This document shows, one piece after another, positions 1-8,849 of a stretch of DNA of 32,000 bases. The DNA comes from Allosphingosinicella deserti (lineage in GTDB: Bacteria; Pseudomonadota; Alphaproteobacteria; Sphingomonadales; Sphingomonadaceae). Numbering within the stretch: the first letter of the stretch is position 1; every line of letters starts with the position of its first letter. The notes below the pieces were generated by a model. That model did no database searches. It saw only the letters and a list, made by a program, of their open reading frames with translations, and was not told where the DNA came from. The DNA is taken from the NCBI RefSeq assembly GCF_003012735.1, contig NZ_PXYI01000011.1, positions 1 through 32,000 on the forward strand, written 5' to 3'. The translations under genes were made by a program, and so were the position numbers.

Positions 1-122
1 CCCTGCCTCGGCCTCCTTCAGGATGCCGACGATCTGCTCTTCCGAAAACCGCTTCCGCTTCATCCATCCGTCCCTTCATTGGGCCGGACTCTAGCTCAAA
101 CTGGAGGAGAAAACGGGGGTCA
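1..122 (-). mobile_element. Partial IS3-family insertion sequence: terminal repeat plus the first 21 codons of orfA (HTH transposase). It runs off the left edge.
   Basis: The reverse complement of 1-63 reads ATG MKRKRFSEEQIVGILKEAEAG, the typical N-terminus of IS3/IS911-type OrfA. The reverse complement of 114-122 starts TGACCCCCG, a TG-initiated terminus about 59 nt upstream of that ATG. Family call is from motif memory only. Confidence 0.7.
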
Positions 123-210
123 CGTCACGCCGAACTGTGAACGGACGAGTCCAGCAAAGAACGGGATCGGCAGGAATGTCCGGTATCAAGTTTGAACCCT
201 TCAAGAAGCT

Positions 211-354
211 AGGTCAGCTATGGGTCGGAGCACGTCCTAGGTCCCAACGTGACGCACACCGGCGGCGAACGTCAGCGTGCCGCGCGGAAGCGGACCTCCG
301 CAGGGGCGTCTGGCGATTGCGCCAGGAACAGCCGGTGGGCTGGAAGTCGGACAC
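211..354 (+). repeat. Copy A of a ~140-bp structured intergenic repeat family
   Basis: Aligns by eye along its whole length with 3707-3851 and 5659-5801. Shared blocks are GGGTCGNAGCACGTCCTAGG, CCGGCGGCGAACG, CCGCGCGGAAGCGGACCT and CTGGCGAT. It ends GTCGGACAC. A possible partner half-site, ATGTCCGG, lies at 176-183. Confidence 0.85.
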
Positions 355-356
355 TA

Positions 357-773
357 TCACCATCCGATCAGCTCACCGGTTCCGCCATGCTCTGAGGGAA
401 TATCTCGGTAATGGGGAAGATCGTCCACGACCGGTGCCACGGCGTATCGGGTGTGAATGTGAGCCCGCGGTTTGAATTTCCCGGGCGGAAACAAGCCTGC
501 ATTAACGCCCCTGAACGGGGTGCCGTCTATCTCGCCGTAAAGATGTGAGCCGCATGCGCTGCAGATAATCATTGTCCGAACGCGATTGACCCACGAGCTG
601 GTCGCTCCAGCAGCCACGGTCACGGATCCCACAGGATAGATAGCCCTCGGCACATAGGCTGCTCCGTGCGCGTTCTGGCAATCGTCACAATGACAGAACA
701 CCTGCCCGAGCGGCTCGCCTTCCAGCTGAAGCGTGACAGAACCGCAGGGGCAACGGGCTTCAAATGTATCCAT
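357..773 (-). CDS. GFA/CENP-V family protein (glutathione-dependent formaldehyde-activating-like, Zn-binding)
   Basis: 138-aa ORF with the family's cysteine pattern: CPCGS ... CHCDDCQ ... CSACGSHL. Confidence 0.8.
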   Translation of the reverse strand: MDTFEARCPCGSVTLQLEGEPLGQVFCHCDDCQNAHGAAYVPRAIYPVGSVTVAAGATSSWVNRVRTMIICSACGSHLYGEIDGTPFRGVNAGLFPPGKFKPRAHIHTRYAVAPVVDDLPHYRDIPSEHGGTGELIGW

Positions 774-857
774 GCAGGCTCCTGATCGAATAGCAGACTC
801 AATATCCGTCTTTTCGACCGCTATCGATGTCTTGCGGCTCGACGGCGAATGACGCGA

Positions 858-1355
858 TTACTGGACGCGCTTCAACTCGAGCGCATAGCTCTGGGCGGCT
901 CCCTTCTCATCCGTCCAATTCTGCGTCACCTCTACAGTGTCAGTATCGACCCGACGCCAGCTGAACGAGCTGGGCGCGTTCATCGGCGAGAAGCTGACCC
1001 TCCCATCCTCCACAGACGTCGCCACCCAGGTGAACTCGCCCCAGGTGGAGATCAACTTGCCATCCTTGAGCGCCACCGTGCTACCGTTCACGGCCTCTGA
1101 GAAGCTCGCGTCCTTATAGCGTTGGCTGCGCATCAGCGTCGGCTCGGGCCGGCTATATTCTTCGTAAAACGTTCTGCCGTCCGGGGCGTTGCCCGACCAG
1201 CGACCGATCAAGAAGCTCAGCTTGTTCAAGTCCTCTACCGTTAGCACGTGCTTCTCCTGGATAGGTGGGGAGGTCTGGACGGAAGTCGCGCCAGCTAGAT
1301 GAGACGAGACCGCGATCGAGGTTGAAACCGCGAGCTTGAGCATCGAGACGTTCAC
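858..1355 (-). CDS. Secreted hypothetical protein
   Basis: 165-aa ORF with a hydrophobic N-terminus (MLKLAVSTSIAVSSHLAGA) and beta-rich composition. No family recognised. The start could be ATG 1355 or ATG 1343. Confidence 0.6.
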   Translation of the reverse strand: MNVSMLKLAVSTSIAVSSHLAGATSVQTSPPIQEKHVLTVEDLNKLSFLIGRWSGNAPDGRTFYEEYSRPEPTLMRSQRYKDASFSEAVNGSTVALKDGKLISTWGEFTWVATSVEDGRVSFSPMNAPSSFSWRRVDTDTVEVTQNWTDEKGAAQSYALELKRVQ

Positions 1356-1787
1356 TCCCGTCGTTTACCGCGCTCGTGCCGAAGCGCGGCGAATAGCTCC
1401 GCTTTCGCCGAAGAGAAGTCAACGGTCGGAGCCGGTGCACCGTCCCCATTCGAGCGCACGTCGGCACCAACGTCAGACTGCGGCGCGAGCGCGGACAGCG
1501 GCTGCCGAGCCCGGCGATCGCGCCGGCTAAGGCAGGAGCGGTGATTGCCGGACTGGTCTCGGAACTCTGACCCTGTCTGCTACGGCGGTTCAGGTTCATC
1601 CGCGAAGCGTCTCTGGAAGCGCCGCTGCGCGCGCTGTTTGAACCCGTTAACAACGATGCAGAGATCAGCGGGGCACGTCATACTGTCGTCAAAAAGGCGG
1701 ATCAGGTAAAGCTACAGGCCGGGCGCTTGTTCGGTCATAAGCCGCCCCGGTCTCGGGGCGTCATCGCAAAGACAGTAGGATCAAGCC

Positions 1788-2585
1788 ATGGCGGCTCGGA
1801 AGCACGTACTTTTTGGTTTGGTTTGGGGCGTTGCGGCGGCGGCGTTGGCGCAGGACGTCCCGGTCATGGATTGGGGCCCAATCATGCAAACCGAAGCCAT
1901 GAACAGCGTCATCGAAGAGATCGGCCGTTCGGAGGCGAAGAAGGCCGGATTGACCTACCCGGGTGACCGCAAGGTTGCTCGGTCACCCCAGGCGGTTCGC
2001 TCATCCCTGGCACAAAATCTGCGGAGCCAGATGAGAGGGGAGGGTTCGCGCGCCGCGCCCGTGAACGCTGGGTACGCGCCTAGCTCCGCCGCCCGACAGA
2101 GGCTTGCAGACATCATGGCGAACGCGGCCGCGAAGCAGCATCCCGCTAAGGGCGAAGAGATGCGGCAACTTGTAACGTCCGGCCGTGCAGTCAGCGAGTA
2201 TCAGCGCATCGCTCCCATTCTCGATTTCCGCGCGAACGATGCGATCGATGCATACGCCTTCTACCTGCTTGCGCAGTGGGGTGTCGCGAACGATCATCGC
2301 GCGGACGTCACCCGAACCCAGGCCGCTGCGGTTCGCCGTCAAGCGGCGAACGCCTACGCCAGCATCGCCAGCCAGCTCGCCACCGATGCCCTGCGGCAGG
2401 AATTTGCCGAGATGCTGGTAATCCAAGGCGTGATCCTCGCAGGCGCCCACGAAGCCGCCGTACGCAGCGGCGACGATGAAGCGACGGCCCGGTACGCTGC
2501 TCTGGCCCGCCGCGGCGGCGAGATGATCTTCTCGATCAACCCAGCGGAGATCATCCTCACCAATCGAGGCTTCCAATCGAAATAG
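1788..2585 (+). CDS. Secreted helical protein of unknown function, paralog L
   Basis: 265-aa ORF with a signal-like N-terminus (VLFGLVWGVAAAALAQD). It is roughly 75-80% identical by eye to the minus-strand ORF 4608-5408. Confidence 0.8.
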   Translation: MAARKHVLFGLVWGVAAAALAQDVPVMDWGPIMQTEAMNSVIEEIGRSEAKKAGLTYPGDRKVARSPQAVRSSLAQNLRSQMRGEGSRAAPVNAGYAPSSAARQRLADIMANAAAKQHPAKGEEMRQLVTSGRAVSEYQRIAPILDFRANDAIDAYAFYLLAQWGVANDHRADVTRTQAAAVRRQAANAYASIASQLATDALRQEFAEMLVIQGVILAGAHEAAVRSGDDEATARYAALARRGGEMIFSINPAEIILTNRGFQSK

Positions 2586-2643
2586 AACCCCGCGAATGCG
2601 CCGCTGCACCTCGCATCACGCTCCATCCGACGAGGTTAGTTGG

Positions 2644-2775
2644 AGCTTGGGTGATCGGAATACGTGATCTGGAGCTCGCCAGCACTCTTCGTCAGCTTGC
2701 CGCGCGTAAGCAGACCTTCGACGTCGCAGCGCGATCGCGGTCCGGGAACAGCTGAATCGGGTGGAAATCAGACAT
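2644..2775 (+). repeat. Copy D (diverged) of the structured repeat family
   Basis: Retains CGTCAGCTTGCCGCGCGTAAGCAGACCTTCG ... GCGATCGCGGTCCGGGAACAGCTGAATCGGGTGGAAATCAGACAT in the same order as copies A-C. Starts 59 bp after the stop of paralog L. Confidence 0.65.
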
Positions 2776-2899
2776 TCCTGATGGCAGGGATGCGCCCGTG
2801 AAGGCAATTGGCGGATGGCTCTTAGCGGCTGGCGAGTTGTTCATTTTGGCGGTCAACTGCCCGTGACCCCATGCTCGATTCCAGCATAGCCGCGCGGGA

Positions 2900-3619
2900 G
2901 TGGTGAGATGTGATTTTATGGTGGTAACCATGGTGATGCTAGGTTCGGAACTCACAATCAGGGAAATGTTCAAGGGGGCACCGGAAGGACAGGTTTCCAC
3001 ATTTGGAATGACTATCCCTGACTCCGGTGAAGAGAGCTACTATCGAGTGCGGCAAAGTTTCGATTATCGGCCAGCGCGGCTCGACTGGGCTAACAGGCCG
3101 TCAAGAGAAGCATCCCCGTGGAACGGTAGTCGGACGACCACCCGAATTCCGGTGGCGATCCTGCCGATTCCCGATGTCAGGTTTAAGGGATTTTCGAAGG
3201 ACGTTGTTGATTTCTATCATCCCGATCAAGACGTGTTCTTCATCTCCGATGCGCTGTTCCGGCAAATTGAGCAGGTCGACCCCGCATCGCTGGAGCACGT
3301 CGAATTCTACGTTCAAGCGAAGGATGCGAAGCTGCCGTTCCACGCAGTGATGCCGCGTCGTGTCATCGAAGCGGTCGATCCGCGGCGAACCAGAGTGGTC
3401 ATCAAAGACACGTCCTACGGCTTTCGAGTTGTCAAGTTTCCTGATGGTGTAGTCTTCAAGAGTAACAACCTGCAAGGCGTGGCTTCATTCTCGGATATTG
3501 ATGCGGGAGGCTGGTATTGGTCAAAGGACCTCGTCGACATCGTGCAGTCACGCGGCGTGCGCGGGTGTTACCTGCAATCTGTGGCCTCCGTGCCGCCGCG
3601 GGAAGTCGCCCGGCTGTAG
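2900..3619 (+). CDS. Imm11/DUF1629-like polymorphic-toxin immunity protein (orphan); start codon uncertain
   Basis: The ORF has visibly lower GC than its flanks. Its C-terminal two thirds (VFFISDALFRQIEQVDPASLEHVEFYV ... HAVMPRRVIEAVDPRRT ... WYWSKDLVDIVQSRGVRGCY) match my memory of the DUF1629/Imm11 pattern. Candidate starts are 2900 (GTG), 2963 (ATG) and 3008 (ATG). Confidence 0.55.
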   Translation: MVRCDFMVVTMVMLGSELTIREMFKGAPEGQVSTFGMTIPDSGEESYYRVRQSFDYRPARLDWANRPSREASPWNGSRTTTRIPVAILPIPDVRFKGFSKDVVDFYHPDQDVFFISDALFRQIEQVDPASLEHVEFYVQAKDAKLPFHAVMPRRVIEAVDPRRTRVVIKDTSYGFRVVKFPDGVVFKSNNLQGVASFSDIDAGGWYWSKDLVDIVQSRGVRGCYLQSVASVPPREVARL

Positions 3620-3706
3620 TCCGTCAACGGCCGGCTTCGGAATCGGAAGAGTCCGCCCAGCGTGGAAGCCGGTAGCTGGGCCTATGCAGCGCCTCGGCCA
3701 TTCGCA

Positions 3707-3851
3707 ATGTCCGATTAGGGTCGAAGCACGTCCTAGGTCCCCACATGGCGCAAGCCGGCGGCGAACGGCAGGGTACCGCGCGGAAGCGGACCTTCGGCGG
3801 ATCGCCTGGCGATTGCGTCGGGAACAGCAGAAGCGGGTGGGACTCGGACAT
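3707..3851 (+). repeat. Copy B of the structured repeat family, with perfect 8-bp terminal inverted repeats
   Basis: Begins ATGTCCGA (3707-3714) and ends TCGGACAT (3844-3851). The interior aligns with copies A and C. An internal imperfect stem pairs CGCAAGCCGGCG with CGCCTGGCGATTGCG. Confidence 0.85.
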
Positions 3852-4027
3852 TGATCGCTCGACATCAGCACGCACGGAGGGCATGCGAAAACATCGGAGT
3901 TGCACCGACCAGGCAGTCTGCCGCGGCTCTGCGGGCCAGGGACGAACCGGCTCTGGACGATCGCGGGCCGGGTTCAGACTAGCCGTGGTTCCGCTGCCTC
4001 AGTTGGCTCTGTGGCTCGGCCGCATGG

Positions 4028-4408
4028 GTGGCTGTCTTCCGCCGCCGTAGAGACGTTGCTTGGAGTTGGTGGGTGGTGATACCTTGGGTTCGGATCCTGG
4101 CGGGTTTGCTGATCATCGTCTGCGCGTTGGCGTTTATGCACTCGCTGCTTGTAGCCCTCCTTGCGATGCTGTGGGCTTTTCCGGCTTCTCCAATCGCTGG
4201 CGCCGAGATGGCGACCGGCGTCGTAGCGATCCTCGCCACGCCACTCTCCCTGGCGCTTGGCATCGGCTTCGCTTGGAAGCCCCTCCGCACCGGTGAACGG
4301 TCCCACCTGCTCAAGGCTGCCGCGTACGCTCTGTTCGGCTTATTGTGTCATATCAGCGTATTTTTCTGGATTGGGAACCTTCCGCCAAATCCCGGTGCTT
4401 TCCGCTGA
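4028..4408 (+). CDS. Small integral membrane protein (3-4 predicted TM helices)
   Basis: 126-aa ORF with a GTG start. Hydrophobic stretches: WWVVIPWVRILAGLLIIVCALAF, LLVALLAMLWAF, VVAILATPLSLALGIGFAW and ALFGLLCHISVFFWIG. Confidence 0.55.
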   Translation: MAVFRRRRDVAWSWWVVIPWVRILAGLLIIVCALAFMHSLLVALLAMLWAFPASPIAGAEMATGVVAILATPLSLALGIGFAWKPLRTGERSHLLKAAAYALFGLLCHISVFFWIGNLPPNPGAFR

Positions 4409-4607
4409 CGCCATCAGGCGTTCCTGACGAAGGTCAGCTTCCGGGTAGGGCGATTGATGCTTGAGCGGCAAATATTGGAGCGGACCATGCCGTTCTCCGC
4501 TTGGTAGGTAGCGCCTAGCTTTGACCCTCAAGTCCGGGTCGCTCTTATGCTGACCTTGGCCGCGCTGCGGTGGTCGGCTTGCCACCAGGCTGCGCCAGGT
4601 GCTCAAG

Positions 4608-5408
4608 TCACTTCGTTCGAAAGCCCGCATCGGTGAGGGTGATCTGCGCTGGGTCCATCGAGAAAATGTTCTTGCCGCCTCGACGGGCAAGCGCGGCGTA
4701 GCGTGTTCTAGCCTTATCGTCGCGGCTACGCACGGCGGCTTCGTGAACGCCGGCGAGAATCACGCCTTGAATGACCAGCATTTCTGCAAACTCCTGCCGC
4801 AGCGCGTCCGTAGTGAGCTGGTCGGCGATGCCGGCGTAGGCAATAGCCGCCTGGCGGCGGACGGCCGCTGCCTGAGTGCGGGTCACGTCAGCGCGGTGAT
4901 CGTTGGCAACGCCCCACTGCGCCAGCAGGTAAAAGGCGTAGGCATCGATTGCATCGTTCGCGCGGAATCCCAGCATGGGGGCGATGCGCTGATACTCCCT
5001 CATCGCCCGACCAGCGATAACTAGTTGCCGCATCTCCTCGCCTTTGGCGGGATCCTGCTTCGTGGCCGCATTCCCCATAATGCCCGCAAGCCTCTGCCGC
5101 GCGGCCGAGCTAGGTGTGTACCTGCCCTCGACGGCCGTGGCCCGTGCACCCCCGCCTCTGACCTGGTCGGCCAGACCCCGCGACAGGGTTGAGCGAACGG
5201 ACTTGGGTGACTGTCCAACGTTGCGGTCACCTGGATAGGGCAGCCCGGCGCGCTTTGCCTCCGAACGGCCTATATCTTCGATGACGCTGTTCATCGCCTC
5301 TGTCTGAATGAACGGGCCCCAGTCCATGACTGGAAAGTGGTCCTGCGCCTGCGCCTGCGCTGAGATGCCGCACAGCGCGACCAAAAGAGCGCGCTTCCAT
5401 ACCACCAT
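4608..5408 (-). CDS. Secreted helical protein of unknown function, paralog R (inverted relative to 1788-2585)
   Basis: ATG at 5408 is preceded by GGAGGA. The protein starts MVVWKRALLVALCGISAQAQAQD. A block of about 40 aa (FRANDAIDAYAFYLLAQWGVANDHRADVTRTQAAAVRRQAA) is identical to paralog L despite many synonymous nucleotide differences. Confidence 0.85.
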   Translation of the reverse strand: MVVWKRALLVALCGISAQAQAQDHFPVMDWGPFIQTEAMNSVIEDIGRSEAKRAGLPYPGDRNVGQSPKSVRSTLSRGLADQVRGGGARATAVEGRYTPSSAARQRLAGIMGNAATKQDPAKGEEMRQLVIAGRAMREYQRIAPMLGFRANDAIDAYAFYLLAQWGVANDHRADVTRTQAAAVRRQAAIAYAGIADQLTTDALRQEFAEMLVIQGVILAGVHEAAVRSRDDKARTRYAALARRGGKNIFSMDPAQITLTDAGFRTK

Positions 5409-5658
5409 CAATGATCCTCCGTCCTGCGGCACCGGCGAGCCGCCCTTCGACTGTCGCGAGTAATCTGACTTTTGGACGAGCGTGTGACGTCCCGCGAAAT
5501 CTCCCTCTCTCGCGTTCTATTTGCTTGCTTCGCACTGCGACAATCGGCCGTCATCCGTCGCTGTTGCTCGGTCCGAACAATGTCAGCTTTCGGGTAGCGA
5601 GTCCGCATCCGTGAACGATGGGACGTGGGCGTTTCCTGCCGTACCCGGCGATTGGGCA

Positions 5659-5801
5659 AGGTCAGCTTTGGGTCGGAGCACGTCCTAGGGCCCCACATGG
5701 CGCACGCCGGCGGCGAACGTCCGGGTGCCGCGCGGAAGCGGACCTTCGCAGGGTCGCCTGGCGATCGCGTCAGGAGCAGCTGAGGAGGGTGGAAAGACGA
5801 C
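5659..5801 (+). repeat. Copy C of the structured repeat family
   Basis: Near-colinear match to copy A from AGGTCAGCTTTGGGTCGGAGCACGTCCTAGG through GCGGAAGCGGACCTTCGCAGGGTCGCCTGGCGATCGCG. Confidence 0.85.
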
Positions 5802-5890
5802 GTTCGTCCGGAGCATCTAACGTTGCCTTGCAACTCGGCTGCCATCGCGAACAGCTGATCGAACCTCAAGCCATTCTCGTGAATTCCAGA

Positions 5891-6271
5891 TCACCAAAGA
5901 GGCGGTCCACTCATGTCGAACCCCGCATTGGAACACATATTCTCCACGATAGAGCGCTTATCTCCGGATCCAAGTGTGACATCTCCGGCGATGAACCCGT
6001 CCACGTCCACAATCCCACCAATCACGAAGAACGGCTCGAAGCCTTTATATTTCCCGTAGACGTTCTTGTCGTTAACCCACGCGCAGTACAGCCCGAATTC
6101 TCGTGGCGGCGGCCAACGGAATTGTGCCGATGTCGGATCTACAAGTTGGGTCCCAACCTGCTTCACGATCTCTTCTTTGTGCGCTGATGTAAGGAATCCA
6201 AGCGTTGTCTCGGCGGTCGCGGACGTGGCCCACAACAGGCACGCCAGATGGAGCACGTGGCTGAGTCTCAA
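5891..6271 (-). CDS. Small secreted protein
   Basis: 126-aa ORF with a signal peptide (MRLSHVLHLACLLWATSATAE). The motif YCAWVNDKNVYGKYKGFEPF resembles widespread small periplasmic proteins. GC is lower than the average of the rest of the window. Confidence 0.6.
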   Translation of the reverse strand: MRLSHVLHLACLLWATSATAETTLGFLTSAHKEEIVKQVGTQLVDPTSAQFRWPPPREFGLYCAWVNDKNVYGKYKGFEPFFVIGGIVDVDGFIAGDVTLGSGDKRSIVENMCSNAGFDMSGPPLW

Positions 6272-6502
6272 ACGTTTTCCCTTTCTCGTTGATCCGATTG
6301 TCTGTAGCGGACTGTATCCACGGCCTCGCTAGATAACAATGTTCGCTATGAACGATGCTTAGCACGGCAAGCTAGGGGCCGGTTCATGGAAGCTACGCCA
6401 TTGCCAATGCTGCCTGCCATCGGCAATGTGAGGCAGCAAACACGCCATGTGCCTGATTGAAGGTGTCCTATCTTCGTAAGCTCTGCCCCCGCAACGATCT
6501 TC

Positions 6503-6982
6503 TTGATCGTCTCTCTCGCATGTGCGCCTCTCCAGTCGGCGCGAGGGCAGGTCGCGGTTCCTACCTTGGATTCAACAACGGTGAACGGGGTGTTCGACCT
6601 TTGCCCGCATTTGGTTCGCAACGAGGCTGCGCCGTCGTTGGCCGACCTCGACAACTGGGGCTGGGAGTTCCTACCAGCTTCTAGGCCCGGGCACCTGGAG
6701 TTCCAGGCCGGCGGTCCAGCTGGAGGGTTGATCCTCTCCTACGATACCGGTGAACGACGCTGCACGGTCAACTATGCAGGTGCCGCCTATGAACAGATCG
6801 CCGACGTTGCTCGGGAAGCGGTGATACGAAAGCGGTACCAGCGTATCACGGGAGGAGATCAAGGTGGGGCTAAGGCAGACGTCTTCCAAGGGCCGGCCTC
6901 GAATTCAACGAAAACGGCTAGGGTCATTATCATTGAGAACTATACCCAACCGTCAGCGGCCGTAAGTTACACAGAAAGGTGA
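6503..6982 (+). CDS. Hypothetical, possibly exported or lipoprotein; N-terminus uncertain
   Basis: 159-aa ORF starting at TTG. The frame is open from 6461 and encodes a hydrophobic leader (IFLIVSLACAPLQSA) with no canonical start upstream. It may be N-terminally truncated. Confidence 0.4.
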   Translation: MIVSLACAPLQSARGQVAVPTLDSTTVNGVFDLCPHLVRNEAAPSLADLDNWGWEFLPASRPGHLEFQAGGPAGGLILSYDTGERRCTVNYAGAAYEQIADVAREAVIRKRYQRITGGDQGGAKADVFQGPASNSTKTARVIIIENYTQPSAAVSYTER

Positions 6983-7161
6983 TTGCTTCGGCACAGATCG
7001 AGCAATGAATCGATCCACTGTGGAGGACGGAGTGCCTCCTACGGCCGCGGCTGCCGTTCAGAGGGATCATAAGCCGGCGTTTAGAGGACTACATAATTTC
7101 ATTCGAGAAATGCCGTCTGGCTGACGCTCAAATCGTCAGTGTCGCTCGTGTCGACAGCGAC

Positions 7162-7434
7162 TTGCACGTGACCTATCGTGATTGGCGTGAAAACACATTT
7201 GTTTTCAAGTTCAAAGATGCGATCGGATATCAGTCGTTTAGTCCTGAGAACCGGGATCTGGATCGGGGGACGGTCGAGGAGGGCGACCCGTTGGCAGTAG
7301 TGGCCTGCAGGGCCGCTGGAGAAGAGGTCAGCACGTCTTTCCGCGTATATTCGTTCGTGGCCGCTTGGGACGATCAGCAAATCCTCCGCATCGTGGCCAC
7401 GGGCGTTGATCACGAAAGGGCCACTAAGCCGTAG
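7162..7434 (+). CDS. Small hypothetical protein; weak call
   Basis: 90-aa ORF starting at TTG. The frame stays open upstream with no ATG or GTG. Composition is protein-like (VTYRDWRENTFVFKFKDAIGYQSF). Confidence 0.3.
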   Translation: MHVTYRDWRENTFVFKFKDAIGYQSFSPENRDLDRGTVEEGDPLAVVACRAAGEEVSTSFRVYSFVAAWDDQQILRIVATGVDHERATKP

Positions 7435-7483
7435 GGTATCTCACAAGAGCCGGCTCGAGACCGGCCACGGAGCAGAAAGGTCT

Positions 7484-7684
7484 ATGTCCGATTTGGGTCG
7501 GACACGGCTGTAGGAGCCTGCCTGACCTCGGCCCGCCTCGATTGTCGGCTTTTTGTGAGCAAGCGGACCTTCGCGCTCCCGTGAGCTTCGACGGTTCGAT
7601 GGACTGGGCCGGGGGGCGGCCGCGTTCGTTGCGCCTGCGGGGATCTCCGAGGCGATGTCCGCTTCGGGGTTGGACAGCGGACAT
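7484..7684 (+). repeat. Copy E (diverged, composite) of the repeat family, with two short ATGTCCG/CGGACAT hairpins
   Basis: 7484-7505 (ATGTCCGATTTGGGTCGGACAC) matches the 5' end of copy B. The AAGCGGACCTTCGC core is at 7561-7574. 7656-7684 forms ATGTCCGC-N13-GCGGACAT. An extra half-site, ATGTCCGG, is at 7703-7710. Confidence 0.6.
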
Positions 7685-7801
7685 AAGTCGACGTGCCGCG
7701 GTATGTCCGGTTTGGGGGTGCATCCGCGACGTAGCAGCCTGCGATCGCGAATGTCTCGAATGGAGATGGAGGATCAGGAGCGGGGAGGGGCGCCTTGGCG
7801 C

Positions 7802-8188
7802 CTAGCGGATGTGCTCAACCTTGAGGCTCTTCACCTTGACCTTCTTCCACTCACGATCAGCTGTCAGAGCCGGAACGCCCAGCTGCAACGCCAACGCTAG
7901 GCAGGAGCGATCGCCGAGGCCGCGCCCAAACGCCTTTGTTTGGGCGTGCAGTGCTGCGGCGGCGTAAGCGGCTTCCACATCATGGGCGCGAGCGTCGAGG
8001 CGGAGCTCGTTTAGCAACTCGCGTATGGTAGGCTCATCCAGGCCGCTCAGGAGCAGCTCTTTGACGACCTCTTGCAGGTTGACCGCCGAGATCGCGGCAC
8101 GTCCGATATGGGGCACGACTTTGTCCGCTCCCGGCTCATTACGGACGAGCGCCAACACCGCGGATGCGTCGAGAACGACCGAGGTCAC
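7802..8188 (-). CDS. vapC: PIN-domain ribonuclease toxin VapC
   Basis: 128 aa. PIN acidic positions are present (VVLDASAV, DRSCLALA, LTADREW). It overlaps the upstream antitoxin gene by 4 nt. Confidence 0.9.
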   Translation of the reverse strand: MTSVVLDASAVLALVRNEPGADKVVPHIGRAAISAVNLQEVVKELLLSGLDEPTIRELLNELRLDARAHDVEAAYAAAALHAQTKAFGRGLGDRSCLALALQLGVPALTADREWKKVKVKSLKVEHIR

Positions 8189-8469
8189 TTTGACAGCTTC
8201 TTCGGACCAGGCGCGTCAGCGTCCGCGAGCGCCTCCTCTTTCCGATCGCTCAGGAAGTCGTCGGTCGTACGCACCGTCTTGGCATGTTCCCGATAGAGGG
8301 CTTGCGCGCGAGAGACACCGCGGGCGATCGGCGACAGTCGTACCTCATCGTCCTCGATGGTAAGGATGACCTTCGCCTCACCATGGAGGCCCATAGCCTT
8401 CCGCACCGACAGGGGTAGGACCATGCGACCGTTGCTCGCCACCTTGATGTCTATGGTTCTTATCGTCAC
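8185..8469 (-). CDS. vapB: AbrB/SpoVT-fold antitoxin VapB
   Basis: 94 aa. The N-terminal swapped-hairpin motif is SNGRMVLPLSVRKAMGLHGEAKVILTIEDDEVRLSP. It sits directly upstream of vapC and overlaps it. Confidence 0.85.
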   Translation of the reverse strand: MTIRTIDIKVASNGRMVLPLSVRKAMGLHGEAKVILTIEDDEVRLSPIARGVSRAQALYREHAKTVRTTDDFLSDRKEEALADADAPGPKKLSK

Positions 8470-8849
8470 CTGCCACGTGCCTCACCCATGCCACAACGCC
8501 TAAGATACCGTTCAGGGCTAGGTAGCACAAGGTCGCACGCCGCCACACATCGTCACGGCGTAGCAGTGGTCCTTTATGGGTATACCCTTATCGGACCGGC
8601 AGGAATCGGTACTTTTCACCCTGTTTTCGGACGTAAAAAGGACCGAACTCAAAGAGACCACGCATAGCGGACCAAGGTATGTTCACCGCACCTACGGGCG
8701 AGGCGATCGCGTGAACCCCAGGACGTTTCCGTCTCAACATTGTGCCTGTTTTGTGTACCGATTTGTGTCCTTGCTCAGCCTCGCGATTCTGATATGATGC
8801 GCAAGGCCATGGAATCCCATGGCTTTTGGAAGGCTGAAAACGGCGGCTA

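Noticed and set aside
1153-1653. 166-aa minus-strand ORF and a 64-aa plus-strand ORF in the divergent region between 858-1355 and 1788-2585
   Set aside because: Both are Arg/Ser/Pro-rich. The minus-strand ORF overlaps the better-supported secreted-protein gene in another frame, and neither has an RBS.
137-6187. ORFs 137-475, 3498-3854 and 5618-6187 share the peptide GARPR..R.AHRRRTS.CRAEADLRR
   Set aside because: The shared peptide simply reflects translation of repeat copies A, B and C. The products are extremely Arg-rich with no start context, and the similarity stops at the repeat borders. They were treated as non-coding repeats.
176-7717. The repeat family as a CRISPR array or as integron attC sites
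   Set aside because: The spacing is 1-2.5 kb and irregular, and the units are 130-200 bp, so this is not CRISPR. No RYYYAAC/GTTRRRY core pair bounds the units. The enclosed genes have mixed orientation, and no intI gene is in the window.
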